A stretch of 64,000 nt of DNA, taken from Octopus vulgaris (taxonomy: Eukaryota). Numbering within the stretch: position 1 is the stretch's first letter; every line of letters begins with the position of its first letter. Location: contig OX597820.1 of NCBI GenBank assembly GCA_951406725.2, forward strand, positions 77,376,001 to 77,440,000, read 5' to 3'. A model generated the notes under the pieces. That model saw nothing but the letters and a program-made list of their open reading frames with translations, searched no databases and had not been told where the DNA came from. Of the stretch, positions 38,863 to 51,464 are shown one piece after another. Both the position numbers and the translations under genes were made by a program.

Positions 38863-38922
<60 letters not shown>

Positions 38923-38943
38923 GTATATGCAGAAAATTACATA

Positions 38944-38984
<41 letters not shown>

Positions 38985-40008
38985 CTCGAATGAGAATGCC
39001 ATATGGAAGTGACTGGAAATATCTCGATGTCTATGATTCACACCCAATGATAATGCCACGGCTTTTATCTACTGAAATATATGTGTGATTGTATGGAATT
39101 TAATTATACGCCAATCCGTAAAAGCAAATACATATTCCCAACACCTACCCTCTCAGGAGAAACGTGACTTCAACAGTCGAGTACCAACACGCATTAATCC
39201 GAGGCTTATGGTATCCAACTATTTTTAAATGTAGATCATTTTCTTTACCTCTCTGTCCCCTCTTCTATGTCTCTATCTCTCTCTTTCTCTGTATATATAT
39301 ATATGTGTGTGTGTGTGTGCTTGTGTGTGTATGTGGGTGTGTCTGTCTGTCTGTATTGTGTGCGAGTGTTTGTATGTATGTACCTTCATTCACGTATCTA
39401 TATGTATGCATATGTGTATATATATAGATAGTTAGATAGTTATAAAGCTATGTACACCTTACACATATCACACCATTTATGCTATCGTGCAATAATCAAT
39501 ATCATCGGTCAATAAATATTAAAACACACTTTAGTTCTCGTCCATGAGAGGAAGCTATTCATTGTAAAGTAGTCATTGCTGTGATACTAAAGACGTAGGT
39601 TTCTAGAAGGACCCGAACCAATGAAATCCACGAAATAAAATATATTGCATTAAAAGTAACCGAAATTTCTATGAGTACTAATTCTTCAGCAAATTATTTC
39701 CGATATATATTCATATAGATGCTTTACCTGTTATTATAAAGTGATCGTTCACATAATCACGATTCTCAATTTTGAATATCGATGATGTATGTGTAATTCG
39801 TCAAAAATCAATTTTGTTATTGAATATGACCATTCAAGAATGACAAGTTGCATGAGATTTAAATATAAACGTCAATATATTCATGTAAAGACAGACAGGA
39901 ATGTTGGAATATCTTTATGCCTATGTCATTTCTCTCTATCTCACTCTATTCTATATCCCGCTTATATATATATGTGTGTCTGTGTATAAATATAATTATG
40001 TATATCTA

Positions 40009-40192
<184 letters not shown>

Positions 40193-40347
40193 TGTGTATT
40201 TATACACACACACAGACATATATATACATGTATATACTTATATATCTTAGGAATGTATAGAATTATATACATATCATATATATATGTTTATATATGGATT
40301 GCGTATGCATGTTTTTCTGTATATATACGTACACCTCCAGTCACACG

Positions 40348-40411
<64 letters not shown>

Positions 40412-41412
40412 TGTGAGTGCACGCACACTGACTTAGAGTTATATACCTATACATAAATTTTTGGAAAATGAGAGCCGTAAAGGAATGTTAACTTTATTGA
40501 TCGTTAGGTAGATATAGAGATGCTATATACTTTATATCAACAGGTAATTATCTGAAAAGGATTTTCGACAAAAGTAATTGTCAGCAAAAAGTGCATGATG
40601 TACTGAGATTATAATTAATCACCCATCTTTTCAATATAATCCCTAATCGAAATTGTGATTGATAGATAACTGTAATAAAAAAAAATCTATTAGCGAGTTA
40701 TGCATGGCAAACATTTTCATTGAAGATAGCAAGACACTTTTCTCTAAGCAGTGCTGGGCAGTGATTTTGATGTGCAAATTGTGGGATCCCCCAGGACATT
40801 TCTCAGAGTGTTGTAAATTTGCAACTTTGAGAAACGGTTCGTAACCAAGTTAACAAATAGGTATTCATGCAAACATAACCCACAAATATTCGGTAACATG
40901 CGAAGACAAAATCTTGAAAATAAGCAGGAATATATACGCAGGAAATGCAAGTATATATGGGTATCTGTATAAATAGACTTACCGGTATGTACATGAACTT
41001 TTCGCTTATAAATTTGTCGGTGTATCTCTACGGAGGATTGCAAAGTAATCTTAATTACAGAGCATGAAATCTTAAGATATAGGAGTATCCGAAATTTTGT
41101 GAATCTTCTTGTTCAACCTGCGGTTATAAATAGGGGACAAATTCAAAGTGGATCATGTCTACATGATGCCTCATATGCTATCGACTAATCATTCATTCTC
41201 GATACTTTATTCTCACAGACATTCACAGACATTCACATACAATCACTGCATATATTGATATTCTCGACATTACATGCGACTCAATCTCTTCCCTGGTGAC
41301 AATAACGCTTGTAGAAGTGCAACATGTATAAACACTGCAGTTAACACCGTTACAATGACCGCCTATTCTCTCCCTGTCTAAGGAATTGCTATATGAGTGC
41401 TCAACCTCTTAT

Positions 41413-41751
41413 GCTGAGATCCCCTTTGGTCATGACTGACAATGGGGTGCACCTAGAAAGTTACCCTCCCAGGCACAAGTCCGGGCAAGGTTGATTATGG
41501 AAGACCAGCAGTCGCTCATGCATACCTGCCTCCCCTCTCCACTCCACCAGTGTTATCCAAGGGAAAGGCTAAGGCCGATACAGCTTGGCACCTGTGACGC
41601 CGCAATTCATTTCTACAGCTGAGTGAACTGGAGCAACGTGAAATAAAGTGTCTTGCTCAAGAACACAACACGCAATCCGGTCCGGGATTCGAACTCACAA
41701 CCTCACGATCGTAAGCTCGACGCTCTAACCACTGAGCCATGCGCCTTCACT
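41413..41751 (-). mobile_element. tRNA-derived SINE, family D, full length
   Basis: Head GAAGGCGCATGGCTCAGTGGTTAGAGCG...GAGTTCGAATCC. TSD TC(A/G)ACCTCTTAT at 41401-41412 and 41752-41763. Confidence 0.9.
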
Positions 41752-42697
41752 TCGACCTCTTATATATATGGTATTTAAATCGCACTTTCGAATTTTAAAC
41801 AAAGGTGGCATTGAATAGTGCAGCCCAAATGTGCATGTAATGCAAAGGTTGTTCATGTGTTGAGAATATTTCATTATAAAGCAGAAAGAAAGATTTCAAA
41901 AGAATACCGAGTGAACTTGTAAGAGTAAGGGTATGCGGTGAAGCTGCATTAAATTTCAACATTTAAAGTAATGCTTTCGCCATGACAGGAAACCATTCTT
42001 TCCATCTACAAGAACGTTTTATATAGTAGCTGACGAATAAATAAAAGTAAATGTATCCTTTAAGTCCAGCCCTATCGACTTCAGAAAAGCAGGGTATTTT
42101 CGAAAAGGCAATCTTAAATATAAAAGTAAGGAGAGTTACAATGAAAAATCTCTTCCATATAATGTTTAACTCTATTGAAGCAAATAAAGAATAGCAGCAT
42201 CAACAATGTTTTCAATATGAATTTGAAGATATATAATTATATAGAAATAATAACAATTTTGACACAATACATTGAGAATTAAAGAACAATAGAGAATAAG
42301 AAATGGATTCCAGACTGAAATAGAATATAACATTTGGTCGAATTATCCGTGTTACGAAAATGCAAATGCTTTTAGTGAAAGCGTATAATAGACGTGATCT
42401 ACATGCAGATAATTGTCATAGATAGATTATCGATATCAGAGTGATGAGTAGTTGAGGAAATACATCTGCGTTTCTCACGTGTTATCAAGTTATCTATATC
42501 ATTAAACTTCATTTACTTCATTTGTCCTTTTTATTCCATAGTAATTACCTACATGCCGATATCTGTATACATGCGTGTATATGTGCATGTGTGAGTGTAC
42601 GTTTACATGTATATCTGTATACATGTATGTATGTATGTATGTATGTATGTATGTATGTATGTATGTATGTATGTATGTATGTATGTATGTATGTAGG

Positions 42698-42765
<68 letters not shown>

Positions 42766-43402
42766 TGTGTATGTATGTATGTATGTATGTATGTATGTAT
42801 GTTTAAACGTACATTCATAGAAATATTGGCAGATACAGCATGTTACTATTATATAAGCTCTTCTCAGAATTTTAGTTAATGTACAACAATTATAAAGATT
42901 ATTCTGAGTGCATTTCTTATATCCATCCTGATCTTAGATTCTGCAGAATTTCTCAGCTGAAATCTTTCAGCCAACGGTCATAATGATGGCATTTTATTGG
43001 TTACAATGTGAGACACATTTGTTGATAGCATCCATTGAACGAGCAATGTCAGGTCAAAGACAATTCGGCAACATCCATTATAGCATCAGCTGCAAGTAGA
43101 ATACATCAAAATCGGGCATTGTCAAGTCTGAAACATATTGGAAGGTAAGGTTTCTCTCATTACTTGATGTGAGATAACAAAATCAAGTTTTCCACTGCGC
43201 AAAGTTATTCACTCTCATTTTTATCAATATGTTTAGAATATACAGTAATATCATTTAGGCGCAGTATTACGTCACTAATATAGAAACAACTAAGACACCC
43301 AATTGCACAAATACTGTGCATATAATGCGCATATTAATGAAACAAATTGAAAAACAATCTCTCTCCCTCTCTCTCTCTCTCTGTATGTATATATATATAT
43401 AT

Positions 43403-44135
43403 ATAATCCATAATAATAAAGGGTAAAATTAATTAATTAATTAATAATTAATAATTTTACCAAGTAGTTCGGTATGTTAAAAGAACTGTTATCGGTAAAC
43501 TTATACATAAAATTTTATAATTATGAGTGTAATTATAATTAGGGTTCAGCAAAAGTTGCTTCACCACATACCGAAATTTAGAAATAGCTACTATAAAAAA
43601 ATTTCCCAGATAGCAATATTCAACAACCCACGCTGGTAAAGAGAAAAAATAACAAATCCACCCGACTTTGACTGTGTACGCGTTTTGGAGTTAGAGAGAT
43701 GTGAAAAATGTAAAATCATATTTTATTCTATAATTTTCCTCTTCAGCACAGTAATTCAAGATTTTAAATTTGAGAACACTGCAAAAATTAAACATAACTT
43801 ATCTGACCAGACGACATCTGATAACGTACATCTAACGTCCAGTACTTCCGAATTCAAACAGACGAATAAGATCTCGTATTCCTCCTCACTCACCCACGTG
43901 CGCTAATGAGTAGAGTTTTACAGAAAAAACAGTAGTTTACTATCAGTGAGAGAATTATTTTATCCATAATAATAAAGGGTAAAATTAATTAATAATTATT
44001 AATTTTACCAAGTAGTTTGGTATGTTAAAAGAACTGTTACCGGTAAACTTATACATAAAATTTTATGATTATGAGTATAATTATAATTAGGGTTCAGCAA
44101 AATTTCCTTCGCAGCATACCGAAATTTAGAAATAA
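43403..44135. repeat. ~180-bp direct repeat pair (43403-43590, 43962-44135) around a ~370-bp spacer
   Basis: ATCCATAATAATAAAGGGTAAAATT...CATACCGAAATTTAGAAATA occurs twice. Confidence 0.9.
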
Positions 44136-44209
44136 CAGTTAAAAACTAACTATTTCACTGCTCAAAATTATTAAATTTTATGTATCTATACATACATATG
44201 TATGATAGA

Positions 44210-44405
44210 TAGTTAGCCACTACACACATTGTTTTCTCTCCGTTTTTCTCATCTTGTTTCTCTCCTTGTTTTTTCTGTGTCCCTTTCTGTAGAAGAGCGT
44301 AGGCTCGAAATGTAAAATACTTTTTCTATTCCTGAGCGTTATATTAATACAGCTGTTTGTTTTGTACACCACCTATCTTCGTCTTATGTTTTTTCGTAAA
44401 CACTA
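44210..44405 (+). mobile_element. Solo family H unit with hammerhead-like motif
   Basis: CTTT-CTGTAGA-A-GAGC-GTAG-GCTC-GAAA-TGTA at 44283-44314. Confidence 0.75.
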
Positions 44406-44425
44406 TCTCTCTCTCTCACTCTCTA

Positions 44426-44476
<51 letters not shown>

Positions 44477-44639
44477 GTATGTGTGTGAGTGTGTGTCTTT
44501 CTCTCTGTGTCTGTGTCAGTGTGTGCGTGTGCTTTATCCGTACATGTAGCCAAGTGTCATATGTATAATGATTTGTAGATATTTAAACGCCTTTTTATAT
44601 AATAAGCCTTATTAGTCTTATTCCAAATATGGCACTTGA

Positions 44640-46470
44640 GCGCATCCAGTAGAATGATATCTGTGGTACTTGGGCCATCTGAATGGCGATGTGCTCCGAG
44701 ATGTAAATGTAAGCCAGCCTTAAAAACATACCAACGTTCAACAATTGAATGATGATACTATTTCTGTGTTTAGCAACATGTTATTTTCTTGCTTTTCTCC
44801 TTCCATGTTTGAATACTTCTGTTACTCTTCTTTAAAATATGTTACCCCAGATTTCTTCTTTCGCCATCTATCTCGATCGGAAGTAATAGATTCAAAATGT
44901 TTGTATGGCACATCCAACTCACTAAGACTTTATTTATTTTATTTTAAATTGTTATTTATTATTTTGTTTCACACAGTTTTCGTTTCCTTGATGATTGCTC
45001 ATCATTAAAAAAGTCTGCTTAGGAATGCACTCAACCCCTATCCGTATTAAATGAGTATTCCGCCCAAGCTGACTGGAAACCAGTATAGTGTGGATTGATG
45101 AGATTTCTATTCTTTATAAATCCTTGATATCTGATGTAAACGTTTCCAGTTTGACGCAGAAACTTTTGGTGAAAGTGTTCTAAGTATGTCATGTATTTAA
45201 AACAATCCGCGTCTCCGCTGCAAAAACATATGTATATGTGTGTGTGCGTATAAAGGATGTGCGTGAGGCTATGGACATAACCATAAAAATTTTTTTAAAG
45301 AGAATGCTAGATATAAAAACGTAGAGAGATATAGAGAAGGTAGAAAGAAGACAGGGTGCGAGAGAAACAGAGAGGCTGTCAGACAAATATATATATATAT
45401 ATGCTTCCCTCTATATTTGGATGCCTGACTTCTCCGCATTTCATTTGAATCTTGCTTGCTAATCTCATACTTGTGGAGTTGTACAAGGTAGTTCAACCCT
45501 GAAAACATAGGACATAATCTAGAACTAAATGGTGATGCCTTTGTTACATTGCTGTATTCATCAACCCACGTTGTATGAAGTTATTTACCTAAATGTTCTT
45601 AAAACAGATTTTAAATATTTCTCTGAAGACTAATTAATTTCCTTGCACATCATTTTCCAGACGCTAGGGAATATTTAACAGAATTAAATATTCTTTGGCA
45701 TCTCTAATCTGGAAGATTAAAACAGTACCTTTGAGGATATTGCTCTGTTATATATGAAGAAACGTGTTTTAAAGTCCATTCAGAATATATCTGTAGTAAA
45801 TAAGAAATTATGCGACATTAATAAAACCAACTGTTGTAATTTGAAAAATCACAAGGTAAACATTAAATTATAGTCCTATGATAAATATGGGGACTATGTT
45901 TAGATAAGATGAGATCTATGATTTCTTATATAAAAACACTGAGCCAAAATTATTGGCTTTTTGGGGCTGTTTGATCTCCAAGATCCTCCTCCACCGTCAT
46001 AGAAAAAGTAAGAAAATATTAGACAGAATTTCCATGTATAAACAGTGCCAAGAAAAATAATATGATTTACAAAATGTGAAGTCCTTTTGCCGTATGTGTT
46101 TTTCATAAGCTAGTTGGAGTTACACAATGTTATGTAAACCATTACCACAGTTTATTAAGCCCATCACTTAGTGGGAATCGTTGAACCCCATTAACACTGA
46201 ATGGAAGACAACAAGCAGGAAATCAAATTTGTATTTGTGTATTCTGCAATCTGAAAGCCATCTTGTCTGGTAAAAGCATGTGCTCGTTGTCAAAAGAATT
46301 TATTGAATACATAGAAGTGACCAATTCATTAGATCCTTTGCTATGATATTTGCAAAGTTGATAATTATTTTTCAAGTAAATCACCTTATTTCCTATCTGA
46401 TTGGTTATTAATAATAATTGCAAAAGAATTATATGCATCAAAATACCTTCTTTTCTAACTGTACATTGGT
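44640..46470 (-). pseudogene. Decayed RTE-clade LINE ORF relic
   Basis: Minus-strand remnants EHMLLPDKMAFR (cf. ILPESQCGFR), KSLSELDVPYKHFESITSDRDRWR and KAGLHLHLGAH (cf. RIGL.SH.RTH). Confidence 0.6.
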
Positions 46471-46479
46471 TAGTATAGA

Positions 46480-46663
46480 ACAGCGCTCCGCAACTTTTTT
46501 TCACTTGCGGTACACTTATGTTCTTTTAAAATACGGCGTCACACCTGAACTAGAAAGATAACTAACAGTATAGGGGGAAAATACATTCAGGTTAGCTGCG
46601 GCACACCTAGCATCATCTTCTGGCACACCAGCCTGCTGCGGCATACCGGAATAGAACACGTGT
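46480..46663. mobile_element. hAT-like MITE relic; second copy at ~47345-47485
   Basis: CAGCGCTCCGCAACTTTTT start, repeated GCGGCACAC subterminal motifs, and an end like GGAGCACTG in the second copy. Confidence 0.55.
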
Positions 46664-46677
46664 ATATAAGATATATT

Positions 46678-46850
46678 TTAGCCATTACACACATGTTTTT
46701 CTCACCTTGTTTTTCCTGTGTCCCTTTCTGTAGAAGAGCGTAGGCTCGAAACGTAAAAGACTTTTTCTATTCTATTCTATTATAGTAATACATCTGTTTG
46801 TTTTGTACACCACCTGTCTTCGTCTTTTGTTTTTTTCGTAAACTCTCCCT
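46678..46850 (+). mobile_element. Solo family H unit with the best-preserved A6U hammerhead-like motif (46724-46759)
   Basis: CTTT-CTGTAGA-A-GAGC-GTAG-GCTC-GAA-ACGT-A-AAAG. Confidence 0.8.
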
Positions 46851-47499
46851 ATATAAGATATATATTGTGATACAATCAAATTTAGATTGTGTATCGTGGA
46901 TTTTATAGCAATATGGCTATCCAACACTCAAACATAGACATTTGCAGACAATAGTTCTATAAGCTGAAAATACTACGAGAGATTAACTGAAAAAATAGGA
47001 CACACATAGTATTGAAAGAGATTGAAGGATACCAGCCAGCCCAATTAAACCAATATCTCATGCAATGAAACTATGATTAAACAATTGAATGTGTTGCTGA
47101 CGATGTGCTAATGCCGGTTTATATGTTCTCAGTCATGACTATTTAATTCTCATACGGATGGAGATTACGATATAGTCATACATTCTAAATAGTTTATGAG
47201 CTATAATATTCTACACCAAAATCAAACATACTTGCAACAGACTCTTCCAAAGTTTTACATTAAATAAAAGGGAAATCAAAATAGTACGACAAATACCATT
47301 AATCAGGGCAGAATCTACCTGTGCCTGGACTGTCAGGAAATAGTATATAATTCGGCGGCACACTTCAACTAAGAATGTAACTAAAAGGATAGGAGGAAAA
47401 TTATATCCAGGCTACACTGCGGCATACCTAGCATCGTCTCGTGACACACCAGTGTGCCGCAGCATACCGGATGTGGAGCACTGAAATAGAACACGTGTG

Positions 47500-47795
47500 G
47501 CACTCGTCGTTAATTTTTCACAGCCTGCTCGTGAAATTAACGTGCAAGTGACTGAGCACTCCACAGACACGCGTACCCTTAATGTAGTCCTCGACAACAC
47601 AGAGTGTGACAAGGCTTGCCCTTCGAAATACAGGTACAACAAAAACAGGAAGAAAGATTGAGAGAAAGTTGTGGTGAAAGAGTACAGCAGGGTTCGCCAC
47701 CCCCCACCACTGCCGCACCTTCCTGGAGCTTTAGGTGTTTTCACTCAATAAACACTCGCAACACCCGGTCTGGGAATCGAAACCGAGATCCTACG
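47500..47795 (-). mobile_element. SINE family A, partial
   Basis: Family A body; head truncated. Confidence 0.85.
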
Positions 47796-48407
47796 CCCCT
47801 ACGTATATAAAGTATACATTGTGAGACATATTTGAATCGTATTTGGTTCCAAATCTCAAGCATTATACACTGGTGCCGATATTCATGCAATAAGTACACT
47901 AGTGCCTAATTTCAAAAGAAGTCAAAACTCCGAACAATTTCGTAACTATGTATACAAGTATAAGACTTTCTAACGTTTAGCATCCCTTGGATAATTCTTG
48001 TGAATTTTCACGATCGATAGGGAGTTAAACAAAACTGATACACAGGAATAAATTATTCAGTAAGGAATTACAACACATACAAAACGAAATTATCACACGA
48101 AAGTTTGAAAACTTAAACTTCTAGTTAAAAATTCTTTCACAACTTACATAAATCCAATTATATTTTTTCTTAACTGAAGAGAAAATGCCTCAAAATGTTG
48201 AATCAATAATGTTGAAACAAAAGCTGATCGCAACTTATTGTTTATTGGTAAAAATTTCTTAACGAACCAACAATTTGAGATATATAGATTTTACATTTTT
48301 ACTCTCTCTTACTCTCACATTCACATTCGCTCTCTTTTTCTCTCTGTCAGCACCCACACTTCTCCCTCTGAATACATACACACACTCACGTGTATATATA
48401 TATATCT

Positions 48408-48474
<67 letters not shown>

Positions 48475-48768
48475 TGTATATATATGCAGGCATACAATTG
48501 CATAAATAATGACATCTAATTTTGAGTGTACGTTATCACCATTGGAAACAAAATTGCACATGTGAAAAAACATTTTACACTAATTTTACTGGAAATGCAT
48601 TGTACCTTTTCCTTTTTGTTTTACAGTCACCCTGTTTGCCGATATAAGTCAGGAAGTACACACACATATACACAGGCACAGACAATCATATGCATGCACA
48701 TACATAGTTGATCACACATCAAAGCACTGAGACACAAAATCTCTAAAGAACCATGTAAGTATGTGCAC

Positions 48769-48804
<36 letters not shown>

Positions 48805-48900
48805 ACACACTAATAAGACAGGGATATTTTGAATGCAAAACATTTCGACATTAATCATACTTCCTTCCATCCTGTTCCTTTTCCAATTATATGTTCCACA

Positions 48901-49285
48901 CTAGGCGGCACTCCGTCGGTTACGACGACGAGGGTTCCAGTTGTTCCGATAAACGGAACAACCTGCTCGTGAAATTAACGTGCAAGTGGCTAAGCACTCC
49001 ACAAACTCGTGTGCCCTTAACATAGTCCTCGCGGAAATTCGGCGTGATGTAGTGTGTGTCTATCTGCCCATTTGAAATACAGGTATAACAGAAACCGAAA
49101 GAGCGAGTGAGAAAAAGTTGTGGCGGAAGAGTACAGCAGAGTTCGCCACCAACCCCTGCAGGAGCCAAGTGGAGCTTTAGGTGTTTTTGCTCAATAAACA
49201 CGCACAACGCCCGCTTCTGGAAATCGAAACCACGATCCTACGACTGAGAGTCCGCTGCCTAACCACTGGGTCATTGCACTTCCAC
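48901..49285 (-). mobile_element. SINE family A, full length
   Basis: TSD TATGTTC(C/A)ACA at 48890-48900 and 49286-49296. Confidence 0.88.
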
Positions 49286-49813
49286 TATGTTCAACATAGA
49301 ACCATCGTAAAAAATTCACATAGAAGCTGGGAGCAAACCTGGGAGAAATGATATCGAAGACAAATGCCTTGCTAGCTTACGTTCTGGCGTTTACATAATT
49401 TTCTTGAGAACATTCCTTTCTTAGTGGTAAGACCACAGGGGATCGACTTCTAGCATATCGGATGTCCACTTAGTATTCATCCCTCTTGTATGTATAGTTT
49501 CTATAAATTTTCAGATTTTTTTAGACCACTGGTTTTAAATTGATATTAATTCAAATACTATTCAATTTTTCACCCTTATTATTTTTAATTTGTATATATA
49601 TATATATAAAGAAGATTGAAAACGCCACTATATAAGATAAATTTTAATTTTCTTAGAAATGTTACGTTTCAGTTCTTCTTGAAAAAGCGAACCTTATCAA
49701 AATATTTTAAAATGTTAAGTGTAATAAAAAAGTTCATAATTGTTTCTTACTGGTCTCAACAGAATCCACGTTGTGGTTTTTTCTGGGGAGTAAGCATAGC
49801 ATAATAGATGTCT

Positions 49814-49901
<88 letters not shown>

Positions 49902-49933
49902 CTTTATTTAAAGCAGCAGAAAATTCAACAAAA

Positions 49934-49965
49934 CCTGTTACTCTGAGTTTCCCGTTGCCGTTCAT
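49934..49965 (-). ncRNA. Truncated minimal hammerhead-like motif
   Basis: Minus strand: (..)ATGA-ACG-GCAA-CGG-GAA-ACTCAGAGT-A-ACAGG. GNRA-capped helix II; the 5' CTG of the core and the 5' strand of helix I are missing. Confidence 0.45.
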
Positions 49966-50464
49966 ATGTACACATATTATTTTATTCTTTTTTCTTTAAC
50001 TTGTTATATATATCTGAATGTTTCGTTTCACATCTTTTTCCCAACAACGAGTTAACAAGAGTCTATATACATCTGCAGCATATAAAAATCTATAGGCTTC
50101 TGGCCGACATGCGTGATATGCCGTCAATATTGCGTAAGTGAAATAAATAGTTGAAGATATATGTATATACAGAAGTAGACGAAGACGACTTCTTGAAACG
50201 TTGAAGCGACTGCTGGAAGGGGTGAAATTGGCACCAACACTCGATTGATGCAGACGTCCATTTATGTAGAGTGGATTAAAGATCAATGATACGCTTTCAT
50301 GAAGAAGTGAATGCAGATATTATGATCAGGCGCTAAGCAACGTAATCCTGCAGGCGCAGCCACAGAAATGACAAGTAGATGACGCATATCTGAATATAAA
50401 TATACATACATACATACACACACATATATATATATGTATATAGAAACTCACACATGCATACACG

Positions 50465-50541
<77 letters not shown>

Positions 50542-51248
50542 TATATATATATATATATATATATTAATAAAATGGATAAATGAATTATCTTCTTACGGAT
50601 TATTCAAAATTTAACCGATACCTGTGTAGCAAAAATCACACCAGAAAAGACACGGTTGGGGTTACGACCATGGGGTTTCGCCCCCGTGCTTTAGCGCTGA
50701 TAATTGAAGTTTTATATATTCACCTAGTGAACGGGATTTTGCACCACTCTTTCAGATGTCCCCACTGGAGGCGACTGACATTTCTTGCATACAATTGAAG
50801 CCTAAGATAATTAACACCTTGATGTCATAAGAAAAGGAAAAAAATTGTTTGGAAGAAATTTGGAAAAAATTTTGAATTAAATTTGAAAGGGGAAATTACT
50901 CCCCTTTTAGCGTATGTTCTGCTACTTTTTTTAGAAACAATATCAGGGATTATACTCCCCTGTTTTTTGACAAGTCATCTGTATATAAACTGGTCATAGA
51001 CGAACACACAGACACTAGTTATACAGAATATATTCACACTCTTTGGGTTTTCTGTGATTCTTCCCCTACCTGATTTGACCGTGGTTTGACCTAGGTTTAT
51101 TCCAACGGATTTTTGCGTCGGCCTTTCACCCACTCTGACGTCAGCGCATATTGAGAGACAGTTTTGTGCCATTTTTACCATGGGCTCCTAGGGAGCGTGT
51201 TGTTCGAAAAGCTTGCTGCGCATTTGTTTTGAGATTTTAAATTCCTGG

Positions 51249-51334
51249 ATTTTCCTGAAGAGAAAGCAGCAGAATGGTCTCCTTATTCAATCCGAATTTG
51301 GGAATTTGCAGCCTTTGAAACATGTGTAGAAAAT
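51249..51334 (+). ncRNA. Type I hammerhead ribozyme, canonical core, extended helix II
   Basis: ATTTTC-CTGAAGA-GAAAGCAGCAGA...TTTGCAGCCTTT-GAAA-CATGTGTA-GAAAAT. Helix I 6 bp perfect; helix II 10 of 12 paired including G-U; GUA cleavage triplet ending at 51328. Confidence 0.8.
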
Positions 51335-51385
51335 AATAAAAAGGAATTTTGTAGAATCTTCGTTCGGGTCCATTTCTTCCCTTCA

Positions 51386-51464
<79 letters not shown>

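Noticed and set aside
41680-41750. tRNA gene calls for SINE heads (also ~465-540 and 32073-32150)
   Set aside because: They continue into multi-copy SINE bodies, some with TSDs, and lack a complete acceptor stem.
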